Origin: an uncultured delta proteobacterium
GTDB taxonomy: Bacteria; Desulfobacterota; Desulfobacteria; Desulfobacterales; JAHEIW01
NCBI GenBank assembly: GCA_963706575.1
Contig: CAVPNL010000009.1
Coordinates: forward strand, 262,183 to 326,182
Reading direction: 5' to 3'
DNA: 64,000 nucleotides
Positions 1 to 9,888 of the stretch are shown here, piece by piece. Below the pieces are notes generated by a model. It searched no databases, was not told the DNA's origin, and saw only the letters and a list, made by a program, of their open reading frames with translations. Made by a program: the position numbers and the translations under genes. Each line of letters begins with the position of its first letter. Within the stretch, counting starts at the first letter, position 1.

Positions 1-1
1 G

Positions 2-820
2 TTCGATATCGTTTTTCTGACGGCCAAATCCTATGACAGCTGCTGGATGACCGAGCTCATCAAACCGTATTTGAAACCCGACGGCGTACTCGTATCGCTG
101 CAGAACAGTCTCAATGACGAACTGATTGCCCCCATCATCGGCCCCACAAGGGATGTGGGCTGTGTGGTTGAGCTGTCGGCCGAGATTTTCGAGCCGGCCA
201 AGGTGAAACGCAACACCACCCATACCGGCACTTGGTTTGCAGTTGGGGAGCTGCACGGCAGGGTGACCCCTCGGGCTGAGAAACTGGCCCGGATCCTCAG
301 CTGTGCGGGCAAAACCGATATTACCACCAACATCTGGGGCGCCAAATGGACGAAATTAATTGCCAACTCCATGTTGCAGGCCCCGATCGGTGTTCTGGGG
401 CTCTATGAACAGGAAGCCACCGACATTCCGGAAGTGTTTGATTTCTGCATCGAGCTTGGCCGTGAGGCCATGGCAGTTGGCACCACGCTGGGATATACGA
501 TCGAGGCCATTTACGGCCTGAGCGCCGACGAGTTCATCGGCTCAACCGATGCGGTTCTGAAGAAAAACCTTCGAACCCTGGTCAGCCATATGGGAAAAGA
601 GGCGCGCAATTCGGTGCTGCAGGATCATTTGAAAGGGCGGTACAGTGAGGTTGATCAACTCAACGGCCTGGTGGTAAAAAAAGGCAAAGAAGCCGGTGTT
701 CCAACGCCTTTAAATGCTGCCGTTACCGAGGTGACCCAACAGATCCAAAAAGGAGATCTGAAACCCGATCGCTCAAATCTGGAAATTCTTAAAAAACTGA
801 TGGCCGAAGCCAGGTCATAA
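2..820 (+). CDS. Ketopantoate reductase (PanE/ApbA) family oxidoreductase, 5' end outside the window
   Basis: Frame is open from base 2 (FDIVFLTAKSYD); SLQN, KWTKLIAN, NSVLQDHLKGRYSEVDQLNG and GVPTPLN are ApbA-family motifs. Confidence 0.85.
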   Translation, partial: FDIVFLTAKSYDSCWMTELIKPYLKPDGVLVSLQNSLNDELIAPIIGPTRDVGCVVELSAEIFEPAKVKRNTTHTGTWFAVGELHGRVTPRAEKLARILSCAGKTDITTNIWGAKWTKLIANSMLQAPIGVLGLYEQEATDIPEVFDFCIELGREAMAVGTTLGYTIEAIYGLSADEFIGSTDAVLKKNLRTLVSHMGKEARNSVLQDHLKGRYSEVDQLNGLVVKKGKEAGVPTPLNAAVTEVTQQIQKGDLKPDRSNLEILKKLMAEARS

Positions 821-938
821 TCCGGTTCCGTTTTGCATTCATGCGGGAGGCATTTTTTCAAATGAAAGGAGGTGTGCATAGGACGGTAAAGAGAAACCAA
901 CCAAAATTCCAACCACGATAGCATCAAGGAGGTGGGAT

Positions 939-1949
939 ATGAGAAAACAACGTCATTTCTCTAAGATTTTCTGGGGATTTCTTATCTTTCTTTTTGTCAT
1001 TGCGTTTACAGCAAATCTTGCATCCGCCGCAGACCAATACATCCGTCTGGGGTGCGGTGGACCGGGCGGGTCCTGGTTCAAGATGGTCGGCGGACTTTCA
1101 TCGCTTTATAACAAAAAAATTGAAAATGTTAATGTGAGCGCCGTATCGTCCGGCGGCTCCGTGGCACTCATGCGGCTGATTCGAAAGGGCGAATTGGAAG
1201 CCACCTTTACCCATACGCTGACGGCTTATGACAGCTGGAACGGCGTGGGCAAGTTTGAAAAAGAGGGGTCCTGGAAGGGCATCCGCATGATGACCGGCAT
1301 GTATGAGAGCGTGCATCACTTTGTCGTGCGTGAGGACAGCGGCATCAAAAGCATGGGTGACCTGGTCGGCAAGCGCGTCAACGTGGGTTCACCCGGCAGC
1401 GGATCTGCCGCCAATTCGACGATTATTCTTGAGGGCCTGGGCCTCTATGACCAGGTAAAAATAAACAACTTGAGCTTCGGTGACGCGGGCCGCGCCGTGG
1501 GGGATGGGCAAATGGATGCTTTGGGGATGAGCGGCGCACCCATGGCCGCCGTGGTCACGTTGGAGGCCTCCCGCAAAATTCGCGTGCTGGGATTCAGCGA
1601 TGCGGAGTTTAAAAAAATATTTGCCAAATCGCCATTTTACTACAAGACCACCCTGCCTGCCGGCGTTTACAAGTCATGGAACCAGCCGACGGATCTTATC
1701 GCCTTTCAGGTTTACTGGATCGCCCATGAAAAATTTGATCCCGAAGCGGTCTACAAGATGCTGAAGGTGGCCTATGATCCCGGCAACAAGGAATACCTCA
1801 AAAGTGTTCACCGACAGTTTGCCGGCATGAGTGCGGCTTTGCAACCGATGAAAGGATTGGGGATACCCTTGCATCCCGGCGCCGTAAAATACTGGAAAGA
1901 AAAGGGCATGGACATTCCCGCGGAGCTGATCCCTCCGGAGATGAAGTAG
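939..1949 (+). CDS. TAXI-family TRAP transporter solute-binding protein
   Basis: AAGGAGG RBS, signal peptide, GGPGGSW, SSGGSV, DLVGKRVNVGSPGSG and IPLHPGAVKYWKE TAXI motifs. Confidence 0.93.
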   Translation: MRKQRHFSKIFWGFLIFLFVIAFTANLASAADQYIRLGCGGPGGSWFKMVGGLSSLYNKKIENVNVSAVSSGGSVALMRLIRKGELEATFTHTLTAYDSWNGVGKFEKEGSWKGIRMMTGMYESVHHFVVREDSGIKSMGDLVGKRVNVGSPGSGSAANSTIILEGLGLYDQVKINNLSFGDAGRAVGDGQMDALGMSGAPMAAVVTLEASRKIRVLGFSDAEFKKIFAKSPFYYKTTLPAGVYKSWNQPTDLIAFQVYWIAHEKFDPEAVYKMLKVAYDPGNKEYLKSVHRQFAGMSAALQPMKGLGIPLHPGAVKYWKEKGMDIPAELIPPEMK

Positions 1950-1973
1950 CGTTAAATCGGTTCGCTCAAATTA

Positions 1974-2029
1974 AGGCACCGTTCATATCCTCCGCCAAAA
2001 AACAGGCGGCGGGATTTTGGACGGTGCCT
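1974..2029 (+). terminator. GC-rich stem-loop after the solute-binding gene (mRNA stabiliser or partial terminator)
   Basis: AGGCACCGTTCA ... TGGACGGTGCCT inverted repeat with an inner CCGCC/GGCGG stem. Confidence 0.55.
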
Positions 2030-2064
2030 GCTGATTTTTACAGATCGATAAAAGGGATGGTGGC

Positions 2065-3945
2065 ATGACGCAGGATACCAGCGGCGAGACCCGGGAACGC
2101 ATGCGGCGATTGAGGGGAAGAACCGCCTGGGTCGCCAGCAGCATTGCTGCGGTGTTTTCGTTGTTTTATATCTACACCGCCGGTTTCGGATTGATCTCCA
2201 CGGAGGTGCACCGGGGTTTGTACATCCTGTTTACCATGCTGCTTTGTTTTATACTCTACCCCGCGCGGAAAGCATCGCCGGCCAACCGGATATCCCTTAT
2301 GGATGGAATCCTGTGTTTGCTTGTCTTGTTTGCGGTTATCTATTGGATTGTCGAATTTTCCGAATATGCCACCGAACGGGTTCGAAATCCCGTGCCGGCC
2401 GACATCGTCATGGGGATCATTATTACCGTCCTTTCCCTGGAAGTGGCCCGTCGTACCATCAATTGGGTATTGCCCATCCTGGCCGCTGTATTTCTGCTGT
2501 ATGCCTACTTTGGTCGTTTGGTGCCCGGAATCCTGGGTCATCCGGGCTTTTCCATCGTCAACATCGTGGAAAGCATCGGGTGTGATATGAGTGGGATTTA
2601 TGGAATTGTTGCCAACACCTATGCGACCTTTGTATTTCCGTTTATCATCTTCGCTTCTTTTCTAAAAGCTGCGGGCGCCGGAGACGCGATCGAAAATCTG
2701 GCGATGGCCATCGCCGGGGGAACCCGTGGAGGCCCCGCCAAAGTGGCCGTCGTGTCCAGCGGCATTATTGGTTCGATTACCGGCTCTTCGGCTGCCAATG
2801 CCGTGGCGACCGGGGCCTATACCATCCCGTTAATGAAAAGGACAGGCTATAAAGCGCATGTGGCGGCGGGTGTAGAAGCGGCGGCATCCAGCGGCGGGCA
2901 GATGTTGCCACCGGTGATGGGCGCCGGGGCATTTTTGCTGGCCACCTTTACCGAAACGGCCTATGTGGACATTATTAAAATTGCCGCCATTCCGGCTGTG
3001 CTATACTTTTTCTCCGTAGGCTGGATGGTGCATTTTATTGCCGGGCGCGAAGGGTTAAAAGGCTTACCCAAAGACCAACTCCCAAAGCTCAAAACCGTCA
3101 TCCTGAAACAGGGTTACCTCCTGCTTCCGGTTGTGATCATATTGGTGCTTTTAATCGCCCGTTACTCTCCCCAAAAGGCCGCTTTCGGGGCCATCATCTG
3201 CACGATCGCCCTGAGTTATGTCAAGAAAGAAACCCGTCTGGGTCCGCGTAAACTTTTAGATACCCTCATTATAGCTGCCAGAAATTCTCTGGTCGTTGGT
3301 GCGACAGCTGGCACCGTCGGTATTATTGTCGGAATAACCCTGATGGCCGGTATCGGAATAAAATTTTCGGCCCTCATACTGGGCTTTTCCCAGGGGCTGC
3401 TGCCGTTGACCATCATCTTAACGGCGCTTGCATCCTATATCATGGGTATGGGTTTAACGGTCACGGCTTCCTATGTGGTGGTGTCGGTACTGGCGGTCCC
3501 TGCAATGGTTGAACTGGCCGTGCCCGTCGTCGCAGCGCATCTGGTCGTTTTCTGGTACGTGGAGACCGGCCAGGTCACCCCACCGGTGGCGTTGGCCGCC
3601 TTTGCGGCTTCGGGGATTGCGCGCTGTGATCCCAACAAGGCCGGGTTTGCGGCGGTTCGGCTGGCGTCACCGCTGTTGATCACACCGGTTCTGTTTGTCT
3701 ACACCCCGATATTGTTAAATGGTCCGATGCCTGCGATTATCGAAACGGTCGTTAGCGCCACCGTTGGTTTTGTGGCATATGCCGGAATGATGCAGGGGTT
3801 CTGGTTTAGACGCACACCGCTATTGGAGCGAGCTATACTGGGGCTTGCCGCCGTGTGCCTGTTTATCCCCAGCATTTATACCGATCTTGTCGGACTTGCG
3901 ATTCTTGGCGGAGTGACCGTGCTAAATCGCAAACATGCCGACTGA
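2065..3945 (+). CDS. TRAP transporter fused 4TM/12TM permease (TAXI-associated)
   Basis: Very hydrophobic 626 aa; GGPAKVAVVSS, GSSAAN, EAAASSGGQMLPPVMGAGAF and VTPPVALAAFAAS motifs. Confidence 0.93.
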   Translation: MTQDTSGETRERMRRLRGRTAWVASSIAAVFSLFYIYTAGFGLISTEVHRGLYILFTMLLCFILYPARKASPANRISLMDGILCLLVLFAVIYWIVEFSEYATERVRNPVPADIVMGIIITVLSLEVARRTINWVLPILAAVFLLYAYFGRLVPGILGHPGFSIVNIVESIGCDMSGIYGIVANTYATFVFPFIIFASFLKAAGAGDAIENLAMAIAGGTRGGPAKVAVVSSGIIGSITGSSAANAVATGAYTIPLMKRTGYKAHVAAGVEAAASSGGQMLPPVMGAGAFLLATFTETAYVDIIKIAAIPAVLYFFSVGWMVHFIAGREGLKGLPKDQLPKLKTVILKQGYLLLPVVIILVLLIARYSPQKAAFGAIICTIALSYVKKETRLGPRKLLDTLIIAARNSLVVGATAGTVGIIVGITLMAGIGIKFSALILGFSQGLLPLTIILTALASYIMGMGLTVTASYVVVSVLAVPAMVELAVPVVAAHLVVFWYVETGQVTPPVALAAFAASGIARCDPNKAGFAAVRLASPLLITPVLFVYTPILLNGPMPAIIETVVSATVGFVAYAGMMQGFWFRRTPLLERAILGLAAVCLFIPSIYTDLVGLAILGGVTVLNRKHAD

Positions 3946-3969
3946 TTCAAAGGTTCAATGTACAAGGAC

Positions 3970-4063
3970 TTGTTGGATTCGTTTTATTAGTTTCATTGGT
4001 TGAATTGGTTGGTTTAAACCGAACCAATTGAACGAATTAAACCAATCAAACCAATTAAACAAA
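3970..4063. repeat. Low-complexity palindrome of ~9-nt degenerate tandem units
   Basis: Left arm TTGGTTGAATTGGTT-like units, right arm AACCAATT/AACCAATC units. Confidence 0.6.
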
Positions 4064-4123
4064 TATAACACCATTGTAAATTCGTAGCGGAATGCAATAC
4101 TATAACCTATGGGAGTAGAAAAT

Positions 4124-5089
4124 ATGTCGGTAATGATTACAGGCATCAACGGGATGACCGGTCTACACACGGCAAAATTATTGCTGGAAGAAGGCCTGGA
4201 TGTTGTGGGTTATGACAACAACCGCAACGGTGAGCTGGCGTTCTACCCGGAGGTTGAAGGCAAGATCCGATTTGTCTGGGGCGATATCGTCCACTTCGGA
4301 CATCTTCTTGAAACCGTCGAAGAAAACGGGGTTGACCACATCATTCATCTGGCAGCGTTGCGCAACGAAGTGCTCTATAAAACCATTCCCACCGAGCTGT
4401 TGCGTGTCAATATCGGCGGGCTGACCAACATCCTGGAACTGGCACGAATCGGCAAAATCAAACGCATTATTTTTGCCAGCTCTGCGTCGGTTTACGGCCA
4501 GATGGACGATCCCGACCAAAGCATTCCAGAAGACGCACCATTGGATCCCAAGGGAATTTATGCCAACAGCAAGGCCATGTGTGAAAGCCTGTGTCGGGCA
4601 TACCGTAATGTCTATGATATCAAGGTACTGGTTTTAAGACCTTCGAGAGTGTACGGTCGACTGGCCAATCTGGATACCCTCGAATTCGGCAACCCCATAT
4701 CCTCATTTGTCTATAAACTTTTGCAGGGAAAATCGATCGAAGAGAGCAGTGGTGCCGATTTTGGCGGCGATTTCACATATGTACCCGATCTGGCATACGG
4801 CTGTTATCGGGCGCTGGTAACCCCCCAACCGCAAAATTGGATTTTTAATATCAGCAACGGGGAGTTTTATCGACTGTCCGAGGTCGCTGCCGCTCTGGGC
4901 GAAATTTTTCCCAAAGCCCGCATTTCCATCGGCCCCGGCAGGCATCCTTACATCACCCAATCCCCGATGCGCGGCCCGCTGGATATTGGTCGTGCCCAAA
5001 AAGAGTTATCTTTCAGTGTTGCGCGCGATTTAAAAGGATCGCTTGAACATTTTATCGAGACATTGCAACAGCGCCAGGTCATACAATAG
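4124..5089 (+). CDS. NAD-dependent epimerase/dehydratase (extended SDR)
   Basis: ITGINGMTG Rossmann motif, IIHLAA, ASSASVYG, catalytic YANSK, DFTYVPD; start placed at 4124 after a GGAG RBS (4109 is the alternative). Confidence 0.9.
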   Translation: MSVMITGINGMTGLHTAKLLLEEGLDVVGYDNNRNGELAFYPEVEGKIRFVWGDIVHFGHLLETVEENGVDHIIHLAALRNEVLYKTIPTELLRVNIGGLTNILELARIGKIKRIIFASSASVYGQMDDPDQSIPEDAPLDPKGIYANSKAMCESLCRAYRNVYDIKVLVLRPSRVYGRLANLDTLEFGNPISSFVYKLLQGKSIEESSGADFGGDFTYVPDLAYGCYRALVTPQPQNWIFNISNGEFYRLSEVAAALGEIFPKARISIGPGRHPYITQSPMRGPLDIGRAQKELSFSVARDLKGSLEHFIETLQQRQVIQ

Positions 5090-5233
5090 TTAATCAGTAT
5101 TTATCCGGAACGGGCCATTTTTCGCTTTGCCCTGGTGAGCTGCGTTCGCAATCGCAAAGGGCTGAGCGCAAAACGCTATGCTGCTTTGTTCCATGCGCCA
5201 TACGTTTGGCTCCTCCTCGGTGGGATTCGCCGC

Positions 5234-5881
5234 TTAATTTCGGGCTTTTTGAATAGCAGACAGGTATTGCCTGGATTTTTCAATGATGGCTTCGGTATTG
5301 CCGCTTTTAAGTGCATCCTGGGGAACAAGATCCCCGCCAGCCCCCACAAAGAGCGCACCACTTTTCAGGAATTTTGGCAAATTTTCCAGGTTGACACCTC
5401 CGGTGGGCACCAGTGGAATATGCGGTAGGGGCTCGTGAATCATTTGCAGATATTTTGGGCCGTTGACAGCTGCAGCCGGAAAAATTTTTACCGCATCCGC
5501 ACCGGCTTGCCAGGTGGTCAAAATTTCGGTCGGTGTCAACGCCCCGCCGATGACGCAAACATTGAAGTTTTTGCACTGACGAATAATATCAGTGTTCAAT
5601 ATAGGCGTTACAATAAATTGGCTTCCGACATCTAAGGCCTCCAGGCACTGGGAAATATCTGTAACGGTTCCAGCTCCAATAATGAGGCGGTTTCCGAATT
5701 TTTGCAGTAGCTTTTCAATGATTGTGATCGCATTCGGGGTTGTCATCGTAATCTCAGCAATCGGTATGCCGCCTTTCATGAGTGCTTCAACCGCATCAAA
5801 AGCTTCCTTTTCTAATTCGGTTCTCACCACCGGCACAACTCCGACCTGAATCATTTTCTTTAATATCCGGTTATGACCCAT
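5234..5881 (-). CDS. eda: KHG/KDPG aldolase (2-dehydro-3-deoxyphosphogluconate aldolase)
   Basis: VVPVVR, AEITMTTP, IGAGTV, FIVTP, GALTPTE, VKIFPA and VPTGGVNLEN motifs. Confidence 0.93.
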   Translation of the reverse strand: MGHNRILKKMIQVGVVPVVRTELEKEAFDAVEALMKGGIPIAEITMTTPNAITIIEKLLQKFGNRLIIGAGTVTDISQCLEALDVGSQFIVTPILNTDIIRQCKNFNVCVIGGALTPTEILTTWQAGADAVKIFPAAAVNGPKYLQMIHEPLPHIPLVPTGGVNLENLPKFLKSGALFVGAGGDLVPQDALKSGNTEAIIEKSRQYLSAIQKARN

Positions 5882-5974
5882 AATAAGATTCCTTGTCTAA
5901 AGCCATTTTCAGGATTATTTTTGCGATCGAAGGCTGCATGCGGCATGCACCGGATGATAAATGACCCTGTCAGC

Positions 5975-6955
5975 TCAACTTGACTCCCATGGGTTAACCC
6001 AGCAGCTTGGTCTTTCGCCAGTCAAGACTTTACGGATTTCTTTGGCCCCTCGAGTTTGAAGCTCTTCAACCGAGTCCTTTGAATACCAGCCCACATGCCC
6101 GGATAACACCACATTCCTCAATTTCAGTAAGGGATGATCCTGCCTGGGTGGTTCGTCTTCAAAAACGTCCAATCCCGCCGCAAGGATCCAGTTCTCCTCC
6201 AGCGCCTGAACCAATGCCTTTTCATCGATCACCTCGCCACGGGACGTGTTTATCAGTATAGCGCTTGGCTTCATTTTGCGCAGAGCGCTGGCATTGATCA
6301 TTTGCTTGGTTTCAGGGGTAAGGGGCATGTGCAAAGAGATATAGTCGCTCTGCGCTAAAAGGGTTTCAAGGTCTGCCTCTCTGCCACCTCGTTTTCGGAT
6401 GACTTCTCCGGTTGCTAAAGGATCATAGATCAGCACTTTTTGGGGCAGGAACCCTTTCCATTTCCGATGGAATGCCTGACCGATTTGTCCGTATCCGATT
6501 AGACCCAGCGTTTTGCCGGTTGTTCGATAAATTTCATCTGTAATATCGGTTTCGAGTATGCCCTGCCGAAGGCGGCGGTCTCTAAACAGAAGCCCGCGGA
6601 TACAGGCCAAGAGCAATGCAACTGCATGGTCTGATACTTCCTCTGTACCGTATCCGGGGAGATTGGCCACAAAAATTTTTTTTTGTCTTGCAACTTCAAG
6701 ATCAATATTATCCACACCAACGCCGTAACGTACAATGACTTTGCATCGCTTTAGAGATTCAAGAACGCGTCCGGGTATGGGCGCTTCTCTGACCAGGATG
6801 CCATCTGCATCCCTGGCTATTGCGAGAACATCATCTGCCGTTTGACAATCATCGCGTGCCAAAACCAATTCAGCGCCGATGGGCTCTAGTATCTGTCGCT
6901 CAACATCATAGCACTCATAACCCAGGTTAACGACGACAACTTTATACTTAGCCAT
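5975..6955 (-). CDS. D-isomer-specific 2-hydroxyacid dehydrogenase (CtBP-like subfamily)
   Basis: RYGVGVDNID, EEVSDHA, GLIGYGQIG, INTSRG, GLDVFEDEP and HVGWYS motifs. Confidence 0.9.
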   Translation of the reverse strand: MAKYKVVVVNLGYECYDVERQILEPIGAELVLARDDCQTADDVLAIARDADGILVREAPIPGRVLESLKRCKVIVRYGVGVDNIDLEVARQKKIFVANLPGYGTEEVSDHAVALLLACIRGLLFRDRRLRQGILETDITDEIYRTTGKTLGLIGYGQIGQAFHRKWKGFLPQKVLIYDPLATGEVIRKRGGREADLETLLAQSDYISLHMPLTPETKQMINASALRKMKPSAILINTSRGEVIDEKALVQALEENWILAAGLDVFEDEPPRQDHPLLKLRNVVLSGHVGWYSKDSVEELQTRGAKEIRKVLTGERPSCWVNPWESS

Positions 6956-6998
6956 TGTTCCTTCCGAATGGATTAGACTTTTTTTACAGGCTCAAAAA

Positions 6999-7961
6999 TC
7001 AGATATTTTGTTCGTCCATCAGAGCGGCGACCGCTTCGGGTTTAGGAATGGGCGTTACAGCCCCCAGACCTTTGGTCGAAAGCGCAGCGGCTGCGTTGGC
7101 AAACCGCACACACTTTTCCAACGGCCATGCAGATATATAGCCCACAACAAAAGCACCGTCGAACGTATCACCGGCTCCAGTCATATCAATCGGTTCCACT
7201 TTATAAGGTGAAAATTTTTGAGTTTGAATGTGAGAAGAACCATCGCGTTCTTTCTCAAAGGCAAGCAACGCCCCTTCTGCGCCTAATTTAAGTACCAAGA
7301 CTTTTGGCCCCAGGCTCAGATAAAACCTGGCAATTTCCTCTATATCCTGTATCCCGGTTAACACCGTTGCATCTTCCAGACTCGGCAGAAATATATCTGC
7401 CAGAGAAGCCGTCTGATGAATAATGGCTTTTGCTCGATCCAATGGCCAGAGTTTCAGCCTCAGGTTGGGATCGTATGAAACCAATACGCCGGCGTCTTTT
7501 GCCGCCGCAATCGCAGCAAAAACGGTATCACAAGCGGAGGTGCTGATTCCCTGACTGATTCCGGAAACATGCAAAAGCTTTGCTTTGCGAATGTAATCAT
7601 CAGGAATAAATTCAGGCCTCATGCGGCTTGCAGCGGAATTTTTACGATAATAGGTAAAATAGTGCGCGTTGCCTTTTCTAGAGATAAAATAAATACCGGT
7701 GGGCGCCTCGGCATCTCGTTCCACTTGACTTGTATCAACACCCTCTTTCTGCCATAGCTTGATGAAGCTTTCAGCAAACTCGTCATCGCCCAGGCGCGTA
7801 AGATATCCGACACTTCCTCCCAGTCGACTCGCTGCGATCGCAAAGTTGGATGTATCTCCTCCCCACCCTACGGCAAAGTGTTCCACCTCTGACAGGGAGC
7901 CTTCTTCGGTTGCATTAAACTCCAGCATCGGCTCACCCAGGGAAATAATTTCGGGTTGCAT
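6999..7961 (-). CDS. PfkB-family sugar kinase, 2-keto-3-deoxygluconate kinase-like
   Basis: LGEPMLE, GGDTSNFAIAASRLG, YYRKNSAAS, SYDPNLRLKLW and DMTGAGDTFDG motifs. Confidence 0.9.
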   Translation of the reverse strand: MQPEIISLGEPMLEFNATEEGSLSEVEHFAVGWGGDTSNFAIAASRLGGSVGYLTRLGDDEFAESFIKLWQKEGVDTSQVERDAEAPTGIYFISRKGNAHYFTYYRKNSAASRMRPEFIPDDYIRKAKLLHVSGISQGISTSACDTVFAAIAAAKDAGVLVSYDPNLRLKLWPLDRAKAIIHQTASLADIFLPSLEDATVLTGIQDIEEIARFYLSLGPKVLVLKLGAEGALLAFEKERDGSSHIQTQKFSPYKVEPIDMTGAGDTFDGAFVVGYISAWPLEKCVRFANAAAALSTKGLGAVTPIPKPEAVAALMDEQNI

Positions 7962-7970
7962 ACGCCTCTC

Positions 7971-8621
7971 CTATATCCGCTTATATTTGGCCAGGCCTTC
8001 GCGTAGAGACTTCGTCTCACGGATGAGTTTGGCCTGTTCAGCCTCTCGCATTTCAATTTCGGTCGCAATTTCAAGAACCGCTTCGATATGCGCCTGCGGT
8101 ACGACGACGACTCCGTCCAGATCTGCGACAATCAGATCGCCGGGATGTACGGTGATGCTGCCGCAAACAATCGGTTCATTGGATGAGAGGGTTTTGAAGT
8201 GGCCCACCGTCGTGCCGGGTGAGACGCTGCGTGCAAAAACCTGAAAGCCGGAATCCCTTCGAATCTCGGTCACGTCCCTGACGCCGCCGTCAAGCACGGC
8301 TCCGGCCAGATTGTTTGCGTCTGCGCCGGCTGTCATTAACCCGCCCCAAACAGCTACATTGGTTTCGGCATCAATACTGATGACGATCACACTGCCTTCT
8401 GGAGATTCATCGATTGCGTCCAAAGCATGTTGGGGCGGTAGTGCCTCATCGGTGGGACCTTCTTGAACCGTCACGGCGGGGCCGACAATCTTTTTATCGT
8501 TAATTCGAGGTTTAATCGAATGATCCATATGTCCCCGCTTCCCGGCAACCTGTTCAACCGCGTCCGCTACTGAGGCAGATGCCACCTTCATAAATCCATC
8601 GATAATATCTTTTGTTATCAA
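7971..8621 (-). CDS. RraA-like / HMG aldolase family protein
   Basis: VADA, GPAVTV, AVWGGLM, AVLDGGVRD and VHPGDLIVADLDGVVVVP motifs; TTG start at 8621 follows AAGGAGG. Confidence 0.88.
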   Translation of the reverse strand: MITKDIIDGFMKVASASVADAVEQVAGKRGHMDHSIKPRINDKKIVGPAVTVQEGPTDEALPPQHALDAIDESPEGSVIVISIDAETNVAVWGGLMTAGADANNLAGAVLDGGVRDVTEIRRDSGFQVFARSVSPGTTVGHFKTLSSNEPIVCGSITVHPGDLIVADLDGVVVVPQAHIEAVLEIATEIEMREAEQAKLIRETKSLREGLAKYKRI

Positions 8622-8738
8622 AGTTTCCTCCTTCTGCATGGGGCCGTACTTCATCCCTCCATTTTTAAACGGCATGGATGGTAAATCCGGTTAGTGGAAA
8701 TACGTTGCGGCCTTTTTACTTCTGAATAAATGAAATAG

Positions 8739-8825
8739 GGGTGATAGCTTTACCGGCATTCATTTCAACCGTTTAAATATTCCAGAACCAGCGGTATGGT
8801 TGTCAATCGGATAAAGCTATCACCC
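8739..8825. terminator. Long stem-loop downstream of dctP
   Basis: GGGTGATAGCTTTA ... TAAAGCTATCACCC 14-bp inverted repeat. Confidence 0.55.
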
Positions 8826-8846
8826 ATTTGTTTGGCAATAACCTGC

Positions 8847-9866
8847 TTAATAATTTTTCTTACGGTAATCTTCAATGGCCGCAAATAGCTTATCCACCCA
8901 TTCGCTGCCAATTTGCTCTTTTACCCATTCAACCACCGCAGGTTGAGCTTTTTTGCGAAAAGCAGCTACCTGGTCGGGTGTCAAGGGCGTCACCTGCATG
9001 CCGACGCCAGTGAGGATTGTCGGCGCATTGGTGTCCTGGGCGGACGTCATGCCACGATGAATAATTTTGGCTATTTCCACACCCCTTTGGACAACTTTCT
9101 GTTCGGAGGGTGTCAGGCTTTGGTAAAACCGATCATTCATCATATAGGCATGCCAGCTGTAGACATGACCGTCGAGGGAGATGTATTTCTGGTTCTGGTA
9201 CAGGCTGGCAGCCAGAATATTCGTCACCCCGTTTTCTTGGCCGTCAACTACGCCCTGCTGTAAGGCTGCCGGCAACTCCGGCCAGGGAACCGGCGAAGGG
9301 CTGGCGCCGAGGGAAGATACCAATTTACTCCAAATTGGCCCGGGCATGACCCGAATTTTAAGCCCTTTCATATCATCCGGTGATTGGATGACACGCTTGC
9401 TGTTGGTAAAATGCCGGATTCCGTTATCAGCCAGAGCAAACATGCGAATACCGGTCTCCTTGCGCATGGCTTCCGCAAGTTCCTGACCAAAGGAGCCATC
9501 GACCACCGACCAGGCCATGGCCTGATCGTCAAATAAGTAAGGAATCGCATAAACCATAAACGGCTTGAACACCGGTGAGATCGGGCCGTCATGTACAACG
9601 CCCATTTCTATACTGCCAAGCTTCAGCCCTTCGAGCACCGTGATGGCGTTGCCCAGCTGGCTTGCGGGATAAATCTCAACTTTCAGCGAGCCTTTGGTGC
9701 CGGCTTCCACATAGTTTTTAAAGGCCAGAGCGGCTGCTTGTTTGGGTTGGTCCAGCTTTGCCGGCTGGAAGTGTGAGTACTTGATAACTTTTGGCCCTGC
9801 GGATGCAATACCGGGCAGAACCAAGACCATAACCAACAATACAAAAAACCACTTTCTTGCTTTCAT
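8847..9866 (-). CDS. dctP: TRAP transporter solute-binding protein DctP
   Basis: Signal peptide, EIYPASQLG, NGIRHFTNSKR, DMKGLKIRV and LQQGVVDGQEN motifs. Confidence 0.93.
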   Translation of the reverse strand: MKARKWFFVLLVMVLVLPGIASAGPKVIKYSHFQPAKLDQPKQAAALAFKNYVEAGTKGSLKVEIYPASQLGNAITVLEGLKLGSIEMGVVHDGPISPVFKPFMVYAIPYLFDDQAMAWSVVDGSFGQELAEAMRKETGIRMFALADNGIRHFTNSKRVIQSPDDMKGLKIRVMPGPIWSKLVSSLGASPSPVPWPELPAALQQGVVDGQENGVTNILAASLYQNQKYISLDGHVYSWHAYMMNDRFYQSLTPSEQKVVQRGVEIAKIIHRGMTSAQDTNAPTILTGVGMQVTPLTPDQVAAFRKKAQPAVVEWVKEQIGSEWVDKLFAAIEDYRKKNY

Positions 9867-9888
9867 TGCAAATTTCTCCTTTCGCTGA

